From NCBI GenBank assembly GCA_964016885.1, contig OZ024740.1, forward strand, positions 346,022,001-346,086,000: a stretch of 64,000 nt of DNA. Reading direction: 5' to 3'. Position numbers and translations under genes: made by a program. The DNA comes from Eledone cirrhosa (lineage: Eukaryota). This document shows positions 14,045-28,343 of the stretch, in pieces. The notes below the pieces were generated by a model. It saw nothing but the letters and a program-made list of their open reading frames with translations. It made no database searches and was not told the origin of the DNA. The first letter of the stretch is position 1; every line of letters starts with the position of its first letter.

Positions 14045-14432
14045 AATAATGGAGCTGCGGCGTTACAAATGGGTTACATATGAAAAAGTTTGTCCTTCAT
14101 CAGTGGCCTTCCAACCGTCATAGACATTTCATCGCTTTAAAGACCATATACCTCAGTTTGGTGCGAGCAACGGCTAAAAAAAGTCGTTGGGACACGTAAA
14201 TAAAGGGGACGCTAGGGTAAACAAACAAAATGGTTTAAGCAACAGAAAGTGATGAAGAAAGAGACAAGTCCCAGATTTCTATGAATATAAATTCGGTGAA
14301 ATCGTGAACAAGAGAATAAAGACCATCAAACCTGGTTGAAATGTGAGCAAGGAAGGAATTTCGCACAGGTCTAACGGGAGGAAGAAGGGGTCTGGTCTGC
14401 GAATTCGGTAAACATAAGTTCTGTGAAGTCGC

Positions 14433-14485
<53 letters not shown>

Positions 14486-15195
14486 AAAATTCATACCGGC
14501 TTGGTCAAGAGCGCGCGAGAAAAGAATTACGGACAGGTCAAACGGGAAGAAAGGGGAGGAGGAGAGGTAGTGACAGAGAATGAGTGCGTGAAAGGTGAGG
14601 AAGAGGCTAACAGAGAGAGAGAGACTGCTAAAAAGGGTAAAGATACAAAGAACGAAACAGACGGGTAGCAGCAGAGGAAAAAATATGTGTAAATATGATA
14701 ATAATGGAGCTGCGGCGTTGCAAATGGGTTACATATGAAAAAGTTTGTCCTTCATCAGTGGCCTTCCAACCGTCATAGGCATTTCATCGCTTTAAAGACA
14801 ATATACCTCACGTTGGTGCGAGCAACGGCTAAAAAAAGTCGTTGGGACACGTAAATAAAGGGGACGCTAGGGTAAACAAACAAAAGGGTTTAAGCAACAG
14901 AAAGTGATGAAGAAAGAGACAAGTCCCAGATTTCTATGAAAGGGTAAAGATACAAAGAACGAAACAGACGGGTAGCAGCAGAGGAAAAAATATGTGTAAA
15001 TATGTGTAAATAGGCATTTCATCACTTTCTGTTGCTTAAACCATTTTGTTTGTTTACCCTAGCGTCCCCTTTATTTACGTGTCCGAACGACTTTTTTTAG
15101 CCGTTGCTCGCACCAACGTGAGGTATATTGTCTTTAAAGCGATGAAATGCCTATGACGGTTGGAAGGCCACTGATGAAGGACAAACTTTTTCATA
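14041..15195. mobile_element. Non-coding tandem (655-bp period) plus inverted repeat element in (TA)n, PLE-like architecture
   Basis: TGATAATAATGGAGC at 14041 and 14696; about 15020-15195 is the inverse of about 14730-14910. Confidence 0.75.
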
Positions 15196-15329
15196 TATAT
15201 ATATATATATGTATATATAAATATATATATATATAATATAAAATCTCAAGGAATACAAATCATGAAGTCATTTATATATGTTCAGGAAAAAGTGGATAGA
15301 TTATTTGATGAACCAACTTTCATAAACTG

Positions 15330-15862
<533 letters not shown>

Positions 15863-16129
15863 TATATATAACGAAGGAAGTGAGGTAAGGAACTAGGTGG
15901 ACCACTGCCATGAAAGATTTAATTGTGTTTACAAGAAGTTTTGACCAATCCTTTTAATAACTACAATCTTCAGAAATGCATCATCATCGTACGCCCATAT
16001 AAGGAATTACCCCTTGAAATGTTCGGCTATTTACTACCACGCTAAAATTCTAACTTACTCTAGAAATAGCCGCCGGAACGGCTTGAGCTCTGCCGTCAGG
16101 GTCTTGAACATTTTCTCTCTCTCTCTCTC

Positions 16130-16281
<152 letters not shown>

Positions 16282-16361
16282 GTGTGCGTCTCAATGGAAA
16301 TGGGCATAATATTAATTGTCTGTGTGTGATACAAGCCGCCCATCCGTCTTCCGTCTTCCAA

Positions 16362-16545
16362 GATTGGCAGTATCGGTAGAGGGTCGGACGCCATGCTTTC
16401 AAGCATAGTTACATCCCTTTACGATCTGAGTTCAAATCCCGCTGAGGTTGACTTTGCCTTTCATCCTTACGGGGTCGATAAAATAAAGTACCAGTAATGC
16501 ACTGGGTAATTGCTCGCCTTGTGCCTAAAGTAGAAACAAATATTA
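16362..16545 (+). mobile_element. tRNA-derived SINE (family A)
   Basis: A and B boxes, shared body. Confidence 0.88.
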
Positions 16546-17014
16546 ATCTATCCCTATAAATAATAGCTGAGTATGTTTTGTAAGATACACCTGGAGACAT
16601 GATAATTCAAACTCCCTACCTAACTCAGTAAGCTCAGAAGCTAAAGAGCAGCTGGCCAGCTATTATATCTTTTAAAAAGATGTACCTATAGCTCGACGTG
16701 TAAACAAAGCGGTTGACTTGAGTAGGCTTGGGAAGCCTTTGGAATTCGAAATTGTCAATGCCGACGTAAATTACCGTAATGATAGTCGATCATTATATAT
16801 AATATTCGTATAAATCGAATAAATATTTTAATAGAAGCACATGGGATGAAAGAAACACTGCATCACTGGATTCCAGCTTTAGCAACCACCTCTGTCCATA
16901 CTTTCATGTTTCTTGCTGCTCATCTCTCTGACATGCCAACCACGTGATACTTTTCCCTTTTGAAAAAAAGCACTATTAATAGTCAGTTGAAAGTTTCGGG
17001 TGATGTAAGATGGT

Positions 17015-17104
17015 CTCCTGAAGAGCTCTGGTTTCTCCCAACATTAGATATCCTAACTTAGTACAATATCGAAGATCGTTCTTACTTAGCGAAATGCAGT
17101 CGGG
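17015..17104 (+). ncRNA. Degenerate hammerhead-like motif with long stem II
   Basis: CTC CTGAAGA GCT...AGC GAAA TGCAG TC GGG. Confidence 0.45.
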
Positions 17105-17927
17105 TCCAAGAAGTCAAACAATGATAAATGTTGATTTCGTTTGAATTTCTTACTGATGAATTTATAATAATCTGACTAAAACATTGATTGATTCATTCTT
17201 TGAGTTAAACCAGTAACCGATGGTCAACGCTATATGCATGTCTATAGTTATGTATATATGTCTATACATGACAGAAAAAGAAAAAGAGGATGGGGGTGGG
17301 GTTATTAAACTAGTATTTCTACACCACAGATATTTTTTTTGCATGTATCAAGTGAAGTTTGAAACTGAAAAAAAGATTTCTAAGGCTAGGAAACACGTTT
17401 TAATTTATCTGAATCGTTTAGACCGGTAGATTGAAGTTTAAACTTCTGCAGTACCTGAAATTGTACTATGTTTACATTCCTATGGTGACTTTAATAAATC
17501 TAATATTGATTTTAAATTCATTATTGTCACTATTTTATTTTTTTGAATTTATACTGAATCTGTATATACATTTATCGACGATGCACGAAAAAGCCATAAT
17601 TCTACTTTTAATTGGAAAATTGTTAGCGTTATTAAAGCTTTGCATTTGTTTTTCTCCATCCGTACACTCTCAGTTCCAATCCTTCTTAAACCACCTTCAC
17701 TTTTCCTCCGTTTGGTGTTATAAAGTGTCACAGTGTGTCTCTTCCTGAATGTAACATTTTTTTTATGAATTTAAAATTAACATTTATTTGGCATATTCAT
17801 TTTTATAAAATGTTCCTGTTATAAATGATGATGTTTTAGGAAGGAATGCTAAGTATCGACGTTTCTTAATATGGAGGTTATTCCGTTTTTCCACTTTATT
17901 GAAAGATAATGCGGCTAGCCTTTAAAT

Positions 17928-18378
17928 CAGTGGTTCTCACCCTTTTTTTGCCAACGGCACACCTTGGAACACATGAAAAAATAGCGGCACACCTGGCTAA
18001 ATATATATGAAAAATATTTAAATTTTACAAAATAAAAACATGGCAAGTCATAGACGGTATACAACCGTAGACTCAGACTAGTCATAGACACATAGAATGA
18101 CTCAAACTAAATAAAGAAAAACACAGCTATGAACTTACTTTATTGCAATGTTTCGAATTTCATCAGTCACATAGCTGGCTTCTTTAGTGAGAAATTTGTG
18201 CCTGGATTTATTCATAATTTCCTCAATGTTTGGTCGAATATGAGACAGACACACCCTCATTTCTTCTTCCGTTGTACGTAATCGCATTTTCTTAGAGCGC
18301 CGTTCAAAATTTTGCGGCACACTTTGGAAGATTTCACGACACACCTGTGTGCCACGGCACACTGGTTGAGAATCGCTG
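17928..18378 (-). mobile_element. Non-autonomous hAT (Charlie/Buster-type) transposon
   Basis: TIRs CAGTGGTTCTCA / TGAGAATCGCTG; 8-bp TSD CTTTAAAT / CTTTAGAT; retains transposase C-terminus EMRVCLSHIRPNIEEI. Confidence 0.88.
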
Positions 18379-18920
18379 CTTTAGATCAATCATTTATGAG
18401 AGGGGTATCAAACAATGCATTCAAAGTTATGGAAGAAAGTCGAGTTACAAGGTACTATATTTTACACATGTTATTTCTATGAAATGTAATTACATACTAT
18501 ATGCAGCGACTAAAAGTAGAAATCAACTGAAAATCTAAATTATAATTAGATAATCAGAATAATAAACTGAAGTGTTGATGGATTGATAAAAGATATACAG
18601 TCGAATGATAGAAATTAATAAAGACATATAATACTTTGTAATATTTTCATTAAAATATAAACAGAAATTTTGTTAGGGGTAACATGGTGGAATATTTCCT
18701 TTTATTGTCTTTGTTTTTTACAGTCTCAAGAATAAAATTAAAGTAGAAGAATATTGTGAAAGTCTGCAAGGATTAGGAATTCCTTATATACCATTATGAA
18801 CATTAGAATCATAATCGTTAAATGTTTTATAAAACGTTTTATAAAACGTATGTTTCGATGTAGAAAAATATTTCCATTTCTCCTTTTATGATGTGTTTCT
18901 TTGCATTATAATTTGTTCAG

Positions 18921-19103
18921 CGGTGGATTGGCAGTATCGGTAGAGGGTCGGACGCTATGCTTTCCAGCATAGTTACGTCCCTTAACGATCTGAGTTCAAA
19001 TCCCGCTGGGGTTGACTTTGCCTTTCATCCTTACGGGGTCGATAAAATAAAGTACCCGTAATACACTGGGATAATTGCTGGCATTGTGCCAAAAGTAGAG
19101 ACA
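18921..19103 (+). mobile_element. tRNA-derived SINE (family A) with 16-bp TSD
   Basis: TSD ATTATAATTTGTTCAG at 18905-18920 and 19104-19119. Confidence 0.92.
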
Positions 19104-19249
19104 ATTATAATTTGTTCAGTGAATGAATATATAATCTAAGCGTGAATTAATTATAACGTATGTGAGCGTTTGTTAATTATAACAGATGCTACTGTCGTTG
19201 TTGTTGTTGCTATTGAAGTGTGCCCGTGAAACATATACATAAACACCAG

Positions 19250-19627
19250 GCCCAAACACAAAGGAAACAAACCCCACTGTCAATGCCTCCGTTTATCCGG
19301 GTCTCCCCAAAGCTCCCCATTATGAGCAAACGGGGACCCACGCAATGGAAGCCCCTTGGCTCCGGCAGACAAACTGTATCATTTGATAAGCTAAATTATA
19401 TATATTTAGAATTGGGAGGAGGGATTAAAAACTGAAACCACCCGAGTTCAAGACTGGAACGACACCTCATTATTGTTTGTTTTAAATGTTTATTTCCTTA
19501 GTCTCTTTTATTAATGTTATTTTACACAAAGAAAAACATACACTGTATAGTTCTGTATCGTCTTTAATCTTTCCTTAATATGTGCCCTGTGTGACGAATA
19601 AAGAAATCATCATTATTATTATTATTA
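19250..19627 (+). mobile_element. Possible LINE 3' tail
   Basis: AATAAA followed by (CAT)(ATT)n tail; no identifiable ORF. Confidence 0.35.
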
Positions 19628-19639
19628 GTGGAACATCCA

Positions 19640-20400
19640 TTTGGCATTCTATGGAAGACCAGAAGGGGAAGAGCGACGACGTTCTCGAAGAGACCCTGAG
19701 CGTCGAAGACGATCAGCTGTTCGCTCTATTCGAGATAACTTTCAACCTGGGGCCTATGGATGACTTCCATAAATACAAGGGTTGGCAGTGCTACCGGGGA
19801 GCGTTGCCGGTTTGAGATACGCTCTACAGACACGGAAGTGCCGTCAGCCGAGTCTGTCCAAGATGCGCGCAGGGAGACGAAACCGTCCTGCACGCACTCG
19901 TTTAGTGCCCAACAATTACTGACTTGTGGGGTTATGTCGAACAGTTGCTGTCGCGTGTAGGACGGATCCGGTTATCGACTGAGTCCATTGTGCAGATAGC
20001 CCCACCGAGGAAAGGCAGGCAGTTTTCATCTGCGTGGTGACCATGGCGAAATATATTATGTGGTGGACAAGGTTGAAAGGATGGAAGACGGACAATTTCC
20101 TCTTAGGAGAATCCCAGATAACTTTTTCAAGGTTCACTTGAAGAGGAAAATCAGGGTGGAAAGGCAAGCATTCTCTTCTAGTAAGTTTGTTGAAAGGTGG
20201 GTGAAAGTGGTCTGAGTCTGGTCCGGGTGAATGGGCCTGCTCTGAGTATGCGCCTGTAGATTGAGGAGTGGGAAAACTGAGACAGGGCACTTGCTCTGCT
20301 GGTCAGGGTGGCCATGGTCTTTTGTGTGGTTTTCGCCACGAGTGACCCTCGGGTTTTCCTCCCTATTGGAGAATGTTTGCGATTATTCTCTCCAAGCCTT
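19640..20400 (+). pseudogene. L1/Tx1-like LINE ORF2 C-terminus (zf-RVT-like), degenerate
   Basis: Translation CPRCAQGDETVLHALV*CP..LWGYVEQLL..WWTR..HLKRKIRVER..FVERW with stops and frameshifts. Confidence 0.7.
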
Positions 20401-21045
20401 TATAATTAATTAATTTATTAATTGATTGATTAATTATATGTGTCTGTTTGATAACCTAGTCGAGAGCTTAATTCTGATGCTGTGAATATATTGCTTTGTT
20501 CACTCTTTTCAATTTGTCCGCCAAAAAACCCGAATGTGAATTTTCCTCTTTTCTTGAGAAAGAACACGTAACTCTGGCGCCATAGCTGATTCTACATTGA
20601 TTGACAGCGGTGTCATCATACCGAGTTGTTAGTATACAGAACGGAACGCCTGTTGACAAAGTGAATCCACATTCGATCGTAGGATACAATAGTGACTTGC
20701 ATATTGCGCAACTTGTAGTGCCTATTTAGAACTCCCAGAAACCAATCGAAGATATTTTATATGTATCGATCAGGTCCAGGTCCGTATAAATTGTTTGTAT
20801 TTTCGTTGTTGTTGTGGATTTTGTGGTATTTCTAACCTGGGCGCAATTTTCAATTTGTCACACCTTTAACGTATGTTTAACACTCTGAGCTTGCTGCAAA
20901 TTTCATTTTACTCACTATCATTGTTATATTCAATGTTATATATATATATAAGATTTTCGAAACAGCGAGTGGGTTTGAAATTATTAGAAATGTAAGCTAT
21001 CGCCGTATTTTGACTAAAGAAATTAAAGAAATTATATATATATAT

Positions 21046-21954
21046 TAGAAAGTGAGGGTTATTTACAAAATGAAAAATAACCGAGGTGTCCTACACGAGT
21101 GAAAGTATAAAGAAAAACTATGAAATCGAAAATGCAACTGGAATCTTATTTTATATTTGGTTCCTTTACCGGTTTCGCAGTTATTCTGCTTTTCAAAAGT
21201 AGAGTTGAGATGGAGGGTCTGTGGTTTTTCTCACAACTGGTTGGTATTTGAATGTTACTTGTTTTATATGGAAAAAAGTGGCTCGAAACGGCAGGTTTTT
21301 AGAGAAGTAATTTGATTGGTAGCTCAATAAGTATAATTAATTTTGCACCAGTTAGCTTTACAAAGTTCTTCAAACAAGGGGGGAGCGGGGTTGCTCAGGT
21401 TGTTTTTTCATATATGAGTGTGTTTGAATTATTTTTACTTAAAAAAAGAGGCTCACGAAGGCTTTTTCCAAAAAAATGTAATCTGATTGGTCATAAATGA
21501 AATTATGGCTGTCACGTGAACAAGTTCATTAAATTTTCGCGCCCGTATTTCGGAATTTGTTTTGTAGCCTTTTAGAGAAATTTATGACAATAAAAAAAGT
21601 TGCTCACGAAGGCTTTTTTTTTTTTAAATGCAATTTGATTGGTTATAAATGAAATTATGACTGTCACATGAACAAGTTCCGCGCCCGTATTATTTATTTT
21701 GTAAAAAGAATGGTCAAGAGAAATGGAATGGGAGAATTGTTCTGGTTCAGTGAATATGGCTAGTTCGCTGGGGTGTCAGAGTTCAGATTTTCTATTGAAA
21801 TAAAGAAAGTAGACATTTGTGTGTGTGTGTGGTGTGTGTGTGTGTGTATAGGAAGATGATTCTATTGGTAGAAATGGGGGAGAGAGTTGTGTGTGTGTGT
21901 ATATGGGTGTTATGAGTGTGTGTGGGAGTATGTTAAGATGGAGAGAATATATAT

Positions 21955-21995
<41 letters not shown>

Positions 21996-23452
21996 GAAAG
22001 TGATTCTATTAGTAGAAATGGGGGAGGGAGTTGTGTGTGTTGGGGGGGGTGTTATATGTGTGTGTATGGATGTTATGTGTTTGTGGGAGTATGGTTAGCA
22101 TGTTGAGATGAAGAGAATATATATATATTGTGTGTGTGTGTGTGTGTGTGTAGGAAAATGATTCCGTTAGTAGGAATATTTTTGAATGAACATATTTTTC
22201 TTACTTATTCGTATTTGTTCTGTTGTATTGTCAGCGCAAACGTATGTTAAGGTTTATTTAGTTCGGGTTTTTATTTTCTAAAGTAGAAGGTGTTATGTGT
22301 GTGTGTATGTGTCTGTTTGGATGGTTAGCATGTTATGGTGTTGACATAATGTATATTAAACCATATTTAATGCTGGTCTATATTTTTGAATAAACATATT
22401 TTCCTAATATATTCGTATTTGATCTGTTGTATTGTCAGCGCAAAGGTAAAATTGGAAGACTTGGAATTTGTGTGTCTTATTACTTGCGCAAATGTCTAGA
22501 TGTGCGCTTAGTGGTATCTGTCTCGTGGATGGATCTCGTAATTGTTGGCGATGAACTGTCATCCTATTTCTGAGTGTGAGTTTAGTTTGTCCTATATAAT
22601 CTTCATTGCATCCTTTACATTTAATGGCATAAAGTAGATGTTTTGATGAGCAAGTGAAGTGATTTTTTACAGCAAAATTTTGTCCTGATTTAAATGTATA
22701 CGTGTTGCCTTCAATGAGGTCAGTGGAGGTTTCACAATTAGAGCGACCATATTTTTTTACAGTTGGTTGTGGGTTTGTGGTAGGTAATTTGGCATTGGTG
22801 AGTAATGTTTTCAGTGATTTCGGTTGTCTTTTGCTTTTGATTATTTTGTGTGTTTCAAGGGCTTTTTTCATTCTTGGGTCTTGTTTCAGTAGTGGGATGT
22901 TCTTGTGAATAGTGTTGTAAGCTTCCGCATTTCTTGGGTTGTGTGTTGAGATATATGATAGAATATTGGACGTACCTTGAATTTGTTTCTGTTTTCGTAG
23001 TTCATCAATGCCTATTACTTTAGCCCATTCTATTCCATTATTTATTAGTAATGGTGGGTACTGTCTTTCGAGTAGTATTTCCTATAATTAAGTCTGTTAT
23101 TTCGCTTTTCTTAATTGGAGACAATTGTGCAAATTCTTCTTCCTAGGTTAAAAGGAATGTTCGTCTTCGTGTGCTTTGGATGGTTGGAGGTGAATAGCAG
23201 GTATTGTTTGGAATCTGTTGGTTTGTAGTGTATGTCAGTTTCAATATTTGTGTCTTTTTTTAAGAATAAGATGTCCAGAAACGGGACTTCATCTTGGCTG
23301 TATTCTATTGTGACTTGGATGAGGTTATTGATGCCGTTTATTAAATTTTTGAAATCATTCAGTTGGTCGAGTGTGTGGGGCCAAATAATGAGACAATCAT
23401 CCAAGTAGCGTTTCCAATTCTCTGATAAATATTTGTGGAAGTTCAATCCGTA
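21046..23452 (-). mobile_element. 5'-truncated Penelope-like element, Neptune-type
   Basis: WKRYLDDCLIIW, VPFLDI, YKPTDSKQYL; GIY-YIG LLYAIKCKGCNEDYIGQT..HRQQ..PLSAH; 3' terminal repeat with HHR-like motif; (TA)n flanks. Confidence 0.92.
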
Positions 23453-23467
23453 TTTATATATATATAT

Positions 23468-23938
<471 letters not shown>

Positions 23939-23940
23939 TA

Positions 23941-24004
<64 letters not shown>

Positions 24005-24008
<4 letters not shown>

Positions 24009-24232
24009 CTGGGCTAGAAAAGTTCCAGGACTGATGTCACAAAAGATTTATTTCAAACCCAAACTTCACACTAAGAGTTATCTCCGTCAAAGTAATCCCC
24101 CTGGAGTCTAATGCACTTTTCCATCCTTTTTTGCCACGCTTGCATACACTCCTGGAAGGATTCTTCCAGGATCCTCCGCAGTTCAGTCGTCACGGCCTTT
24201 TTGATGTCGTTCATGTCTTCAAAACGGGTCCT
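24005..24232 (-). mobile_element. Mariner 3' end fragment (same family as 5114-5880)
   Basis: Matches 5114-5315 (TIR and C-terminal coding tail). Confidence 0.85.
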
Positions 24233-24757
24233 CTCCGGGTCGTACTCGACGATAAATTAATCCGTGAAGATATTTTTTAAAGTGAGGAAAGACTGCGCAC
24301 TGAGTCAATCCCACTTTCTGAGCGACAGTAGCTATAACCCTAAAAGAAGAAAAGATCCACATCATCGGCAACTACTGAGCGGCAGGTTTTATATCGGAGT
24401 TATCCCAGTTTCCTGAGTTGCCTTCTCATAGAAGAATGCCCTGACAAAGTGGTTTAATCGCGCGATTGGGTGTCCAGCCCGACTATTTCTATGTCAACGC
24501 GCATATACACACACATACACCCATGTATATACACATATACATATACATACACATGTACACGTGTATAAACACACCTACAAACCTTTGGACGGCCGCTGAC
24601 TCCTATGACTTCTTCCTTTGTCAGGTTTTGTTTTTTATCCTGCAGGGTGGCCAACATCACCCTCCTCACCAAGTAAATTTGGTGGGGTTGGTGGTTTAGT
24701 CGCCGACGACCCGACCATGCGACAGGTTGTACTGGGTTACATGTTACCAGTAGCACT

Positions 24758-24809
<52 letters not shown>

Positions 24810-25109
24810 TATAGAGTAAAGCATGTCCAGAGAATTATTTGATAATATATAAACATCATCTCTACTCCCAATCAGCATAATTAACCACACAAAAAATCAA
24901 TTAGACCAGGCTATAAGAATAAGAGGCATCTATGAAGAAACAGTAAATAAATACGCTATTGTGGCGTCTTCGCGTGCAACCGCTATAGAATATTTACCCA
25001 ACATTTCAATAGCACGTGGAAATTAATTAAATATACGGTCAACCATACATAATTAGGTAAAAATTTATGTTAGAAATGCTTATATACATACCACGATTAA
25101 ATCACTAAA

Positions 25110-25186
25110 TCCCGACGCTAGGGTTTCGCTCACTTTTGAGATACCTTATTAAGGTTCATACTCGAGTTTTAGAGCTCTTCAGGGGA
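25110..25186 (-). ncRNA. Hammerhead motif, canonical core, extended stem II, GUC triplet
   Basis: TCCC CTGAAGA GCTC...GAGC GAAA CCCTAGCG TC GGGA. Confidence 0.75.
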
Positions 25187-25380
25187 CAAACTCACTAGGA
25201 TATATTAATTTCCGAAGTGGCCCCCGCCAAACACGAATTCAAAATGGTTGAGAACTGTGATGTGGCAGTGGTCAAGTCAGGAAGGGTGTGATTGGTTGCT
25301 TACGGGAGTGGGTTTGTTGCTAGAAAGCGCAGCCCAATATCTATACATACATGCATACACATATATATACACATACATAC

Positions 25381-25413
<33 letters not shown>

Positions 25414-25599
25414 ACAAAGAAATTGTGGTAAGGAACCAGATGGACCATAACGCACCATTGTATTCAATACTTAGGGTAGTAAAGTGGGAAATAGGGAAAA
25501 GTATGACCCCGACGGCAGAGCTCAAGCGGTTTCGACGGCTATTTCTGTCCAGAAATAGCCGTCGAAACGGCTTGATCTCTGCCGTCGGGGTCATACTTG

Positions 25600-25667
<68 letters not shown>

Positions 25668-25684
25668 TAGATATATATATATAT

Positions 25685-26590
25685 AACAGTTAAAGAAAGA
25701 AGAGTAACATGGTTGGCTGTATAATAAGGGCTTTATTTAAAGTACTGACAATTGTTTCGTTGATCAGGTTGCGTCAATCGATCTCCAATACATTGGTCAA
25801 CACATCAGAGTATGTATATATGAAAATAATTCACTCGAGGCAAGACTTATATAGAAAAACAACGTAAAACCAAAACAATAACATCAATAATAAAATAGCG
25901 TATAATACAGCAGTTAATCTGCAATTTATTGTCTTTTCTTTTATCGGACCCTCTACACATATTTATCTACATCTCAAATCTAGTTTCTCTTGTTAGCCCC
26001 AACGAATACTTATAAGAACACTGACTCAAAAACTACTAACATCTACTTGCAATCTCTCACTCATTTCTTTCTTTATATTTTCCATTTCCTCATTTTCTTA
26101 TTATTTTTTAATGTACCCTATCTTATATTTTACTTTTTACTTTTTACATCTGTAACTTCTCTATCTATTTGCCATGCATGTCTTATTATTGATGTTATTG
26201 TTTTGGTTTTACGCTGTATTTCTATATAAGTCTTGCCTTGAGTGAATTATGTTCATATATACATACTCTGATGTGTTGACCAGTGGTAAACAATGTATTA
26301 GAGATCGATTGACGCAACCTTACGCGATTAGCGAACGCTAGACGCACCTGATCATCGAAACAATTGTCAGTACTTCAAATAGAGCCCTTATTGTACAGCC
26401 AACCATGTTACTATTCTTTCTTTAACTATTATTATTCCAAGTATAACCTGCATAGAAATTACCGCGATCTCGATGCATAACTATGGAAACATCTTTTGAG
26501 TCAAACAAAGCAATACGTTAAAACTATCCACGACGCGGAAACTCATAACGTCTAACTTGATTACCTATAACGATAACTTGTTATCCCATA
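25685..26590. mobile_element. Fold-back PLE-like terminal repeat pair
   Basis: 25685-25890 is the inverse of 26190-26427. Confidence 0.78.
26264..26372 (+). ncRNA. Hammerhead-like motif with A9U core (CTGATGT); inverse copy at 25743-25812
   Basis: TACT CTGATGT GTTGA...TCA(A/T)C GAAA CAATTG TC AGTA in both arms. Confidence 0.65.
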
Positions 26591-26606
26591 TATATATATA
26601 TATATA

Positions 26607-27104
26607 AAGAGAGAAATGGGATTTAGCTTCAAGCATAGCTTTATACAATATGTATAAATGTTTCGTATCTCCAAAGAAATACGGTTTTAGGAAGCCGTAG
26701 CTATGCAAACACGGGGAGGGGTTTACGCCCTCTAGTGATGTCCAGCAGAGGCAAGGGGGACAACAGCCTATGCATTTCAGGCTTAACTGGCCTTCGTCAG
26801 GTTGGTCCCTCCCACCGCTTTCGACTGCTGGACTAGAAGACAGGCGAGAATATATACTTTTCTCGTCTGTGTAAATGAGGTGATTAATCTCATTTGCATA
26901 TGAAGCTGCATAAGTTGGCTCAACTTATAATAAAAAGTAATAGGATTTCTCTTCAAGCATAGCTTTATACAATATGTATAAATATTTCGTATCTCCAAAG
27001 AAATACGGTTTTAGGAAGCCGTAGCTATGCAAAGACCGGGGGGGGGGGGGGCTAACGCCCTCTGGTGATGTCCAGCGGAAGCCAGGGGACAACGGTCTAT
27101 GCAT
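26607..27104 (-). mobile_element. Non-coding 1.5-mer tandem element (324-bp period) with HHR, retrozyme-like
   Basis: 26619-26775 repeated at 26943-27104; HHR core at 26758-26808. Confidence 0.7.
26758..26808 (-). ncRNA. Hammerhead motif, canonical core, offset/bulged stem I
   Basis: GGACCAAC CTGACGA AGGC cagttaa GCCT GAAA TGCA TA ggct GTTGTCC. Confidence 0.62.
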
Positions 27105-27424
27105 ATAAACGTTATATATATATATCCTGGTATGTACATAAGCATTTCTAACTTTAATTTTTACCTAATTATGTATGGTTGACCGTATATTTAATTAATT
27201 TCCACGTGCTGTTGAAATGTTGGGTAAATATTCTATAGCGGTTGGACGCGAAGACGCCACAATAGCGTATTTATTTACTGTTTCTTCATAGCAGCATTTT
27301 ATTCTTATAGCCTGGTCTAATTGATTTTTTGTGTGGTTAATTATGCTGATTGGGAGTAGAGATGATGTATATATATTATCAAATAATTCTCTGGACATGC
27401 TTTACTCTATAGTATATATATATA

Positions 27425-27770
27425 TGCTGTTTTGCATTGAGTTATGCCTCTTTACGTTCTGAGTTCAAGTTAAATTAACGGACTGGAGTCGATTTAATCG
27501 ACTCCCTCACCCTCTCCTAAAAAAATTATTGGTGTTGTGCCTAAAATCATAAACCGTGTGGGCGGTGGATGACAGTATCTGTAGAGTGTCAGAGAAAAAT
27601 GTATAGTATTTAGTAACTTTTCTTATACATTCTTAGGTCGACTGCACTTTTCAACTCTTCGATGTTTATGAAGTAAGTGCTAGACAAGTGTTCCTTCCTT
27701 TATAATAGACTATAACCTCCCTTTATTGTTATGGCCTTCTATCAATGTTAAAAATCATTATTATTATTTT
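27425..27770 (+). mobile_element. Two old degenerate SINE copies related to family A
   Basis: TTTACGTTCTGAGTTCAA; GGCGGTGGATGACAGTATC; ATGGCCTT..AAAATCATTATTATT. Confidence 0.5.
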
Positions 27771-28343
27771 CTATTACGAATACATTTTTTTGGAAGGACT
27801 ATTGTCATTCCATCAGCATGTTTCCATTATAAAACTGATATGATTTATTTCAGCGTAATACATCTATACAGCAACATCACTGGTCAATAGTGTTTCAATG
27901 ACAGACCTAGTGGCGATTCTCGATCATTTTGTATCTTCATATTTACCTATCTCTAGCATGGTCTTTCTCAGGCACCCCTCTACACACACAGCACCACTAG
28001 AATACGTTATTTGATTATGGCGCTTCCGTGTTATGGTTTATATCCAACAAACACAATGATATTCTCCCTCGACATATTCTCATTGTGTTGTTGTGTGTTG
28101 TTTCTTCTATTATTTCCTAATCTACACACATCGAGAAAGAGAGAAAGAAAGAGGCAGACAGGGAGATAGAGACAGACAGAGAGAAAAAGAGAGGAGAGAG
28201 ATTCTACATATAGCTAGATATGGACTCGAAATTCTTGATCCTTAGTGTGCTTAAAGAAATACAATTATATGTCAGGTCATTCTACACACAAGCTAACATA
28301 TAGACACATATATATATAAATGCAAAGATACATACATACACAT

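Larger units (their letters stand above)
24808..27415. mobile_element. Fold-back PLE-like element hosting nested insertions
   Basis: 24808-25085 is the inverse of 27137-27415; HHR at 25110-25186. Confidence 0.75.

Noticed and set aside
15165-15195. CTGATGAAGGAC in the 655-bp tandem element as an HHR
   Set aside because: No convincing stem-II partner plus GAAA could be found in any copy
20468-20780. Cys-containing short ORF (CAICKSLLYP..) suggestive of a zinc finger or Helitron
   Set aside because: Ligand spacing incomplete and no supporting motifs
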